The notes below the pieces were generated by a model. It worked only from the letters and a program-made list of their open reading frames with translations. It made no database searches and was not told the origin of the DNA. Position numbers and translations under genes: made by a program. Source: Camelus dromedarius (lineage: Eukaryota). Taken from it: 64,000 bases of DNA. Location: contig NC_087463.1 in the NCBI RefSeq assembly GCF_036321535.1, positions 13,764,001-13,828,000 of the forward strand, in the 5' to 3' direction. Below, in pieces: positions 53,808 through 64,000 of this stretch. Position 1 is the stretch's first letter, and every line of letters begins with the position of its first letter.

Positions 53808-54329
53808 CTCTGTGTCACTCTGTGCCACACTAAGAGCTCCTCAAAGCACCATTTGATATTTCTCCTTGTGTTTCCAGAGCCCAGCACAAAGGGTTCACTG
53901 AATTACTGTGAACGAGCCAGCCTTTGAGGGTTGATTAGTGTGGAGTGGATTCACCCTTTCCCTTCCACCCCACCCCCTCCTCCTTTAGAATCTCTGCAGA
54001 ACTCATACTGAGAGCCTCTCGAGGTCTAGAATTAGACCTCCGGCAGATACAGGAGGACCCGGACTGCCTCCTGTATCCTGACCATGGACTGACTAGCTGT
54101 GTGGCCTGTGTGACTGACTGACCTCTTCACTTCCATTTAGTTTTAGCTTTAAAGTGGGGGTGTGGGGCGCGTAAGAAGGTTGTAACGAAGTTAAATGAGC
54201 AACGTGTTTGAAAACATTCATCTCAATAGGCGTTCGGCACACACTTGATTAATACTCCTGATCGGTTGATTCCATTCATTCAGCACACACTGAGTGAGGG
54301 CCTGCTGTAAGCCAGGCCCCAAGCAGGAC

Positions 54330-54650
54330 CCTCGGAGAGTGCGTTAGTCACAACCCCACCCGCCGGCCCTGGCGCGGAGGCGCTCCTGCTCTGAGCTGGG
54401 AGACAGACGACGGTGCCTTCACTGCGGGCGGTGGGAGCGGAGCCGCAGAGAGCCCTAGGACCTGAACTGACCCGCAGAGCCCTGGGGAAGGCTTTTCTGA
54501 AGAAAGAGAGTCATTTGCATAGAGGCTTGACGTCAGGAAGAAAAGTGGGCAAGAACATCCCAGGCAAAGATAAAGAACAGGTGCAGATGCGGGTCGGCGA
54601 GGGCGGCGCTGCGGGGGAGGAGGGTTAAAAACACCTTAGGATCCGCTTGA
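54330..54650. promoter_or_regulatory. CpG-rich patch with octamer, CRE and GC boxes inside an L2 remnant (candidate intragenic enhancer or promoter)
   Basis: About 22 CpGs in 320 bp by hand count; ATTTGCAT 54513-54520, TGACGTCA 54528-54535, GGGCGG 54426-54431 and 54601-54606. Function is inferred. Confidence 0.45.
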
Positions 54651-55627
54651 GTGTGACTATTTCTGCAGTCAGAGTGCTCACCACAGTGACCCGGAGCCAG
54701 TTAGAGAGGTTTTCTCTGCTCCTTTTCATTCTGTCATTATCAGTCTTATCTTCTTTCTTAACCAAGTCTGCCGCCCAGAATCTCATCTCATTTCCGTTCA
54801 TTCACAAATGTGCCAAGGGTTTTGGGGATACCCGGGAGGGCATACAGAATAGCAGCTCCCCCACCTCCCTTTTAAACAGTTTCTTTCAGTTGATTAGACT
54901 GCTTTCGCATGTGCCTTTCACACATTCATTTGAGATGAAATCAGCTGGGTTTTATCATCTCTTTTACTAGCAAAAGGAATCCTGCTTGTTTTATCTGCTA
55001 GCTGTTCAGAGCAGCTCTCTGAAGTGGGTAGTTCCTTTCTTAGGCCGATGGGAGAACAGGTGCTGGAGAAGTTGACTGATTCAGATAAAGACTGTCTAAT
55101 GGGGGTGGGGATGGCCTAGCCTCCAGGGTTCCTGGCCTTTTTACTTGGTAACTTGGCCCTTTTGGGAAGAGGTGCAAGTCACTCTCTTTTGTGCTAGTGT
55201 TGTGGAAAGTTAGCATTAATCTTCTTATCTCTTAATATCTTAATGCCCTCTGGCTATTATTATTCAAATATTGTTCAGTAAGATATGGCCTGTAGAATAT
55301 GTTTAGAAGATGCTTTATAAAAAAGTGTTTATATTTAAAACTTACAATTAACCTTTGAGAAATTTACATTTCATTTATGTTATATGAAGTAAATTATAAT
55401 ACAGTATTAACCCTTAAAACCCCTCAGTAGCTGAAATAGTCTCTTTGGTTTATGATTATTAACGTACTTGATAATGAAAACACTTGAAAGGAAGTGAAAT
55501 AACGTCAATGAGTGTATTGTAATGTATCCTGAATCATTATATTCTTTCCAAAGTCAAATATTTAAGATAAGTCTATTGTCTAATTCCAACTTGAAAATGG
55601 ATTCATCTGTTATCAGAACCATTAGGC

Positions 55628-55661
55628 TGCAGTAACAGAAATACGACAGCAGAGGGCGCCA
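55628..55661 (+). promoter_or_regulatory. Candidate CTCF site with upstream (zinc finger 9-11) module
   Basis: Core acgACAGCAGAGGGCGCCA 55643-55661 differs from CCASYAGRKGGCRSY only at the first C; TGCAG at 55628-55632 has the usual spacing. Confidence 0.7.
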
Positions 55662-57130
55662 AATACCCACTTCAGTCTCATATTTTGCTTGATGGTTAAC
55701 AGTTTTTGTGTTTCCTTCTCCAGGCTCTCTTTCTCTTCCTTCTTCCCTCCCTTCCTTTTTCCTAATACTTAAAATCATTAACATTAAAACCATATTTTTA
55801 AAGTAGCAGATGGTGGTATTTTTCCCCCTTAGTTTTAGAATGTTTTAGAAGTACGTTAAAACATCACTGTGTTTTTATTTGAACCTTTCCCATTTAACAT
55901 GATGCATCAGAATTTCAGAAGTTCTTTCAAAGATCCTTATTCAATAAAATATCCTATCCGTAATCAAGAATACATTCTTAGGTGATAAACTAGTTCTTTA
56001 TACTGTGCTTAGGAAATTAAAATTATTTATAACATGCATTATAAATGACATCTATGTAATTATTTTATGAAACATTAATATTTGTCAAATACATATTTTC
56101 TTCTATTCTGTTTTAAAACTCAGCATTGATATTTCTAGAAGTGTGTATCTGTGTGTGTGTGTGTCTGTGTGTGTGTGTGATATAACATTTCCTAGTCTTA
56201 CTCTGTGGTTTCAAAGCAGATTCAGATTTTTTTTTTTAACTCATCCACTCTTCTGCATTACACTTTAGCATCAAAATCAGGTGAAGTTTAATGTGCACTG
56301 TCATAAATCAACTTTATGTTTGGGTAGAAATCTGAATCATTTGCTATTATAGATTGGACTCAGTACTCTTTCAGGAAAAATAAAAAATTATTTTACTAGG
56401 TAACCTTAAAAACAGTCTCAAAAACTAAGCCATTAAAAAATGGTTCAGAAATAAGTAAGCTTTTAAATTGGGACCATTGAAGTGGACTGCACAAGAGTAA
56501 AATTAGTGTCAATGTTTTAAATTTCTCTTAGTCCTTGGATAAGATGAAACAAGGCTAAAATATCATCATAACATTGGTCTTAGGGGACAAAGCTATGTTT
56601 TAGCAGACATGAGTTAGCCTAGCACATATGCAAATATATACTAACAGTAAATGCGGTAACAAGGATATGTCAACAGTTTCTCCCCTACGGTCGTAAGTTA
56701 CTGTCTTTTGTGTTCTGCTTTGTTGCTGTTGCTGGGGGCTGCTACTTATGCCGTGCATGCGTGTGCATGTGCTGAAAAATACCGGTGCTTGAGTAGGGAT
56801 TAGTCTAGTGATGACCATTCTGTCATTTTGCCTGGGTTTTCACTTGAGACACAATTTTACCTGCTATTCTTTATGTGATCGCCACAGGTTCACTTTCAGT
56901 GATGAGCAGGCAGTTCAGTAATTTTTTTCCTTTGGTTGCATTTCTGTAATATTTTAAGTCAAGTTCCCTACTACATCTGTATTTTCTCCTCTACAGAAAA
57001 CGTAGAGTTAGAATAGGCTTCGTACTTACAATGAAAATGTCAAATATATCCGTCCTCCTAGCTTCTTACGTGTGTGTGTGTATGTGTTTTGCGTTTACCG
57101 TTGCGTTTTACTAGCAACTTTGAGACCATT

Positions 57131-57193
57131 CCTTTTTTTTTTTTTTAATTGAAGTATAGTCAGTTACATTGTGTCAATCTCTGGTGTTCAGCA
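57131..57193 (-). mobile_element. Very short (about 60 bp) L1 3' tail with poly(A) and 10-bp TSD
   Basis: T-run + aattgaagtatagtcagttacattgtgtcaatctctggtgttcagca; TSD tgagaccatt at 57121-57130 and 57194-57203. Confidence 0.88.
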
Positions 57194-58789
57194 TGAGACC
57201 ATTTCATTTGTAGATACTTTATGATTTGGCTTTTCTTGTTGGCCTTTTTCAAGTAAATGTTTAAATTATTACCGTAAGTGTGGAGGCTTTATTTTCTCCC
57301 AAACACATTGCAGAAAATGGGCACTGCACAAATATTTGTTGAATTGAATTGAATCTTCCTCCATGATAATATAAAAATGAGTTTGTGAGCACACATTTCA
57401 GATGTTCTTAATAAAGGTGGCAGGGCAAACACACTGATGTTCCTGTTAAAGAATTTCCAGTATCAGGTGGCCTGTATTTGAAATTGTTAAGAATATAAGA
57501 TGATATGAGTGAGTTGGTTTGCTCTAAACAGGGATATCTTATGATTAAGCCAAGAGACCCTTGAAGTTTGACAGATGTTTTTGTTTATTTTCCTTTAGTT
57601 AATCTTAGTGTAACATGTTAGATGTCAGACATGCTGGTGATCAACTTTGCCATCTCCATGCATTTAGTGAAACTCTTACCCTCATAGCTTTGCTGGATGA
57701 CTAACTGTATTTTGTTGCAATAAGACTTTGTTAAGTCACTCAAATCCATTGTCAGGCATTACAGGCTGTATGCAGGGACAGTGACGTTGGAAATTATAGT
57801 TCATCTACAGGACGTGGAGATGAGACATTGTCTTTCCTTCTGTCTCCCTCTGTTCTCTCCTCATCTGCTTTCATTGTTTTCTTCCTCCTTCCCCCTCTCC
57901 CGCTCTTCTTTTTTCCTTCCTTCTTCCCTCGCACCATTTCTTTCTTTTCTGACTGCGGTTACTATTAGAGACAGTTTTTGCCACAATGACACGGTCAGTG
58001 GGAGCTGCACGCAGTCACATCCAGATGTCACGGTACCAGACACCAGATAGCCGCTCAGCTGTGCGAGCACAGAGGCTGTCTGCTGGCACACCTCCCAGCA
58101 GGAGACGGAAACCTGGCAGACCCGGGGGTGCGGAGAGGGGCACACGTGTGCTCGACATCGGAGGAGGGGGCCTAGAAGCCAACCTTGTGTCTTCATCCTG
58201 GCCTTTTTTTCTTCAAGCTACTCTTGCGGTTTCAATAATTTCTTTGCCAAACACGTCTGATTTTTTAATTCTTCGGCAGTAATGGTTTTGCCGATTTTTA
58301 CTGGGAAGACAGTATTGACTGAAGTACTGTGGTGGGCTGTTTGATCTAATGCTGTGATTCCCTCATACCTAGTGTCATGTCTGTCGACCTAATATTGGTG
58401 TAAAATATTATATATTAGATATATTTATTATAAATGTATAATTTTATGTATCAGTGAAATTAGTTGCCAGCAGGTACAAAGCATTAAGAGTAGTGTTTGA
58501 CGTTACACATTCAGTGTTTGAAAAAGCGAATACAAAGCGCGGTGGTGTGAGGAATAAAATGGTCAGGCATCCTTCATCCACCCCGTCTACAGGTTCAGTG
58601 CTGTTGGTCAGTACTGTTGCATACTTTCATATTCCCTCATCTGGCTGGCTTCTCCTTCCTCCCAGTTTATATTCATGACCCTGATCTTGCTTCTTTTCAG
58701 CCAACATTGCTAGTGGATAAATTGTTATAAAATTAAATTTGATCATATTACTCGCCTTATTAAAGCCTTTACGTAGTGGTTTTCCTACT

Positions 58790-58925
58790 TCACTGTGTAA
58801 CGTCATCTGGGGTTTTCATCAGGCAGACCTCGATCCATTCCAGCATGCACTGATTCAGGTCTGGTACCAGGCCCAGGAACCCGTGTTTTGACCAGCACCC
58901 CTGATGTTTCTGGGAGAAGCAGTGC
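58790..58925 (+). mobile_element. MER5-like fragment within sense L2 remnants (about 58660-59350)
   Basis: cactgattcaggtctggtaccaggcccaggaacccgtgttttgaccagcacccctgatgtttctg resembles MER5A. Confidence 0.5.
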
Positions 58926-59499
58926 TTGAATGACCTCCGAGCCCACAAGAGAAAGTTCGGGAGTCTTCGTGTGGACGTCTGTGCTCTCAACACACCGTTC
59001 CTTGCAGTCTTTGTCTTAGTCACCTGTGGTTTCATCAGCATCCATCCTGTGATGTTTCCTGCCTTTATCCTTTTTCGCGTCCTGCTACCTCTCTGCCCTT
59101 GCACAGCTCAAGTCATCCCTTGGGGGAGGATCTCCCTGGTCTCCCGAGGTGGAGTTGATAACTTTCTCTGTATGTCTAATCGCACCTGCCAACCCCCCCC
59201 GCCTTTATTTATAGCGCCATTCATACTGCATTGTAATAATGCCTCTACATGTCATTTTTTGTTAGTTTTGAGTTGCATGACTAGGAAACCATCTTCTTTA
59301 TCTTTGTATCCTTAGTGCTTTACACAAACATAGTGGGAATGCGGAATGAATGAATTAAATACAGGGATGAAGTTCAAGTTGATTTTTTTTTTTACTTTAT
59401 ATTTTGTGTAGTGTAAATTTATCTACTTACTTAAGTGCCTTAGGTTCTTAAGCTATAGTATAGAAATAATATTTACTTTTTCCTTCCTTTAAATATCAT

Positions 59500-60370
59500 T
59501 TGTTCCATTCAGAGTAGAAGTTTAGACAAAGGAAGCAGAATCAGTGATCATTCTGGAAGTAATTTTTGGAAGAGCAGCCACTTGAGAGAGTTTGTGAAGG
59601 ATGAGCAGGAGGTTGAGAAGGGAGCATCGTCCTGGTGTAGGCAGTGCAAAGATACAGGTGCCTGAAACTGCCTGGTTCTGGAAGGGCACAAGTGATTTAA
59701 TTTGGTTGCAGCTGAAGACGTAAGTCCTGTGGTAAGAGATGAAGTTGGAGGAGGAGGAGTAGGCAGTGGTCTGTTTTGGAGGATGTCTTGTGCTTTGTAA
59801 AGAAGTCTTTGCTTTGCAAAGATTTCATCCTTGGGCTATAAAATGCTATTGAAGTCTCTTAAGCTAGAAAGGACCATAGTCAGATGGGAGGGGGATTGAG
59901 ACAGAAGAGAGACCACTTGAAGGAATTTGTTATAATTTTACAATAGGAGAGTTGATTAGCAACTTAAAATAATTTTATTAAGATTTTTATAATGTTCTTT
60001 GTTCATTCTGCCGGGTTCTCTGATAGGCTGAGGGTTACACAAGATGAGTAAGATACAGTTCCTGTAGAGTACAGGAAAATGTAAACACATAAAATAACTA
60101 ATATAAATGTAGCCAAGACATCCAAATTTGTGATACATAGTAGATAAAAAATATTATGGGAACTGGATTCATTGTGGACTAACTCCCTGGGAGAATGAAG
60201 GTCTTGATGGAAGTGAAGGGATTGGAGTAGAGCAAAGAAGAGGATTTCGGATAAAGGAATAAACAAAGGGACTAAATGGATGAGGGACTATGGTCCCGGC
60301 ACTAGAATGTACTTGTTAAAGTTGAAAGTATTTGGTATCAAATTGCAATGGGCCTTGAATGTTGTACTGA
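59500..60370 (-). mobile_element. L2 fragments
   Basis: gcagtgcaaagatacagg...gattttcatcc...gctattgaagtctcttaagc motifs. Confidence 0.55.
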
Positions 60371-60394
60371 AGGATTTTCATTTTTATCCTAGAG

Positions 60395-61530
60395 CTTTAT
60401 TTTCTAATTATGAAAATAATATATGTTGATTATATGCAATTAAAATATATAGAAATATGAAGATAATGTAAGTCTTATATATTCCATCACAAAAAGTAAC
60501 TACAATGAACATTTTCATGTATTTCTTCCCAGTGTTTCTCACTATGCACAAATACATACTTGCGTGTTAAATAAATGAAATCAGAGTTATATACTTTTGT
60601 GTGGTATGTGTGTGTATGTACCTGTGTGCATGTGTGTAGTTTTAGCACACTTAAAATTAGAAAATGGGCATTTTACCATGTGATTAATGTGTCCAGAAAG
60701 CATGATTTGTAGTAATTACAGTATTTATTTTATTATATGGTTGTTTATGTTTAAATTATTTATTTCTTTATGTTAGATTATTTAGGTTGTTTGCAGTTTA
60801 AAATAATGGATACTGTTTCACTGAATGTCCTTGTACGAAAATCTTTGTATTTCTGACTGTTTAGGATAGGGTTCTAGAAATAAATGTACTGGATCAGACA
60901 ATCTCAAGGGCTCATAATCTGTTTTACCAAATTCCTCTTCCAAAAGGCTGGTATTTAAATTCACATTTGCAGTGTGTGCTTTTGACTTTCCTTGTATTCC
61001 TGGATAAGTATTTTTTCATGTTTACTGCTTGCTAATTTTGTTAATGGCATCTTGTGGTGATTTAACTCTTATTTCCTTGACAGCTAGTTTGAACAAGTTT
61101 TCCCTTATATTCATTGACTGAATTTGTCTGTTTTTAATGTGAATTGTCTTTGACCTTTATGGTATTTTCCCCTTTTATTTGGGCATTAGTATTTTTAAAT
61201 TGATTTTTAAGAAGTAATGGGGGAAGGTATAGCTCAGGTAGAGTGCATGCTTAGCATACACAAGGTCCTGGGTTCAATCTCCAGTACCACCATTAAACAT
61301 AAATATCAGTAAATAAACCTAATTACCTCACCTCCTCAATTTTTTTTAAAAGTATTTATATAGATTATAACTACATCAGTCTTATTTCTGGCATATTTTT
61401 ATTCCTATTTCTTTCTTGCCTTAAATTTTAATACTAGTGAATTTTAAATTTAACTTTGGCAAATTCTTTCTCATCTTGAGATCAGATCTATTCCTCTATA
61501 TTTTGATTTAGTTTTTAATTTTGTATTTTC
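60395..61530 (-). mobile_element. Old L1ME-type 3' remnant interrupted by a SINE
   Basis: ttattttctaattatgaaaataatatatg...tttaggttgtttgcagttt...ccaaattcctcttccaaaagg. Confidence 0.6.
61219..61345 (+). mobile_element. tRNA-derived SINE (vic-1-like, extended tail), sense orientation
   Basis: ggggaaggtatagctcaggtagagtgcatgcttagcatacacaaggtcctgggttcaatctccagtacc...aaataaacctaattacctc. Confidence 0.88.
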
Positions 61531-61539
61531 CGTTTATCT

Positions 61540-62430
61540 CAATAACCCATGATCATGACAGTTTTTTTGGCTGAAAAGCAACATGATTAGATTTGTGCTT
61601 CAGAAAGCAGTCTAGTGGCTCTGTGGCACTTGGATTGGAGTAAGGAGAGACTAAGGGCAGTGAAACCTGTTTAGAGGAGAGAAGAGAAGGGTCTGAATGT
61701 GCTGCTGTTGATGGTGGGGATAGATTAGAAGAAGAACTCTCAATCGGTGATTTGGGAGGTGCAGCAGGTTTAGTGGGAGGGTGGAGATTAGGGCATGTTC
61801 TGTGGGACATCCAGATACAAAAGTGGGAAAGACGATGTTCAGACTCCTTCAGAAGCTGGTCTGGCTGATGATGGAAATTAGGGATTCACCTCCACACAGG
61901 TGATGGTTATAATATGGGAGAAAGAATGAGTTTTCAGGGCAGCTGACTGAGAAGGGTGCTCAGAAGTCCTACTAAGAAGGTGTTCTCTGGGAAGATCTTT
62001 TAATGCTTTCTCTCTCTTCCCCTCTCTCTTACCAAAAACAGCAATGTCAGAGATTATGGGTATGGTCAGAGAGAATGCAAAGAGAGTAAGGAGGAGAGGG
62101 ACTGGAAAGTTTCCAGTGGATTCGTCTACTTCTTTCCTTAAATTTGGCTAAAAGGGGCAGTAGACCGGGAAATAGAAGAAGGAGCATGATCAAAGGATAA
62201 CAGTTTTTCTTTTTTTTCTTTAAGAAGCTAAGTAGACTTGAACATGTTCTCTGTTGAGGGAAAAGAATCCGTGAACAGGGAGAGATTGAAGGTAAAGTAA
62301 CGAAGGAGGGACTTGGTGCAGCTGCTTAAAAGGATGAGCAACTGTGATAAATGGGGTATCCTTTCAGGTGGAACAGTTGTAGCACATTCGGGGTTGAAAT
62401 TGAAACAACTTTTCATCTGCACTATGAGTA
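61540..62430 (-). mobile_element. L2 fragments
   Basis: atgattagatttgtgcttcagaaagcagtctagtggctctgtggc...aaacctgtttagagg motifs. Confidence 0.6.
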
Positions 62431-62693
62431 AATAATAATAATAATAAACTTTCATTTCCTTTTTTTAAAAAATTAATTGACAGTTTTATATCTGTTTCAG
62501 CCTAAGATTCTTCTAGTTGTTTAAAAACAGTTCATATCTTTTACATGCTGCTGATTGGCAAAGTTGGCTTGTTACTTTTCATGAAATGTGTACCTAAAAA
62601 GACAGCTAAATGAGCATTTAAATTTCTTTGACTATTTATTATTCATTAATGAATGCATGAAATTAAACACTTTTCATTCTAACCATCTTTTAA

Positions 62694-63515
<822 letters not shown>

Positions 63516-64000
63516 TAAAGAAAAGAGAAACCTATTTTATTTTGTCACTTCTTATTCCTTTTTTCTTTTTTTTGGGCATTTTTGTGTCATCTCAGTATTT
63601 CCCCTTTAAGTTTTGAAATACAATATGCATGACTTAAAACATAATCAAATTGTACCGTTTCATCTGTACATACTTAGTAGCTATCTAAAAAAAAAATTGA
63701 AATGAGAAAGGTTAGATTTCAGCCTTAATAAATAAATTGCAGACTAGCTCCCCAGTAAATATAATCTTAGATTGTATCTACTTAACAGTTGTGCTAACAT
63801 TTAATTCTAAATATATATTTGGTTAGAATGCTGCTCCTCATTGTGACCCATATGTAATGAGTGATAAGTGTTCAGTGATTGGGCTTCACAATTTTGTGAG
63901 AAGTACAGTCAGAATTTCTCAATGGGAAAAGAGAAAACAACTTTTTTAAGTGTGGGAGAGTATTCTTTTCATATTTCTGGAAGACTTAATTGAATTGCTA

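Overview
AT-rich mammalian genomic DNA, probably from a camelid because it carries four copies of a vic-1-like tRNA-derived SINE (species is inferred). The window lies inside one + strand gene, WDR7 (rabconnectin-3 beta, a WD40-repeat partner of DMXL1/2 in V-ATPase assembly). I reconstructed 14 consecutive coding exons, numbered 2-15 by analogy with human, from the ATG at 14729 to the exon-15 donor at 63478. All introns are GT-AG and the phases join into one open frame of 2759 nt (919 codons + 2 nt). Exon 1, the promoter and the 3' part of the gene are outside the window. The introns hold ancient repeats (L1M, L2, MIR, MLT1, an ERVL LTR, MER20/33/58/5, Charlie4, Tigger1 MITEs) and younger insertions with target-site duplications (SINEs, short L1 tails). 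Repeat names come from recalled consensus sequences and old-repeat boundaries are approximate. I found no RNA gene, CRISPR array or second protein-coding gene, and nothing that supports a new multi-gene system. The best leads are regulatory or splicing-related: a CTCF site with upstream module, a CpG-rich octamer/CRE/GC-box patch in an old L2, candidate cassette and poison exons, in-frame tandem splice sites, a U12-like donor, a possible intronic polyA isoform, inverted repeats that could drive circRNAs, two L1 tails truncated at nearly the same point, and a composite templated duplication.
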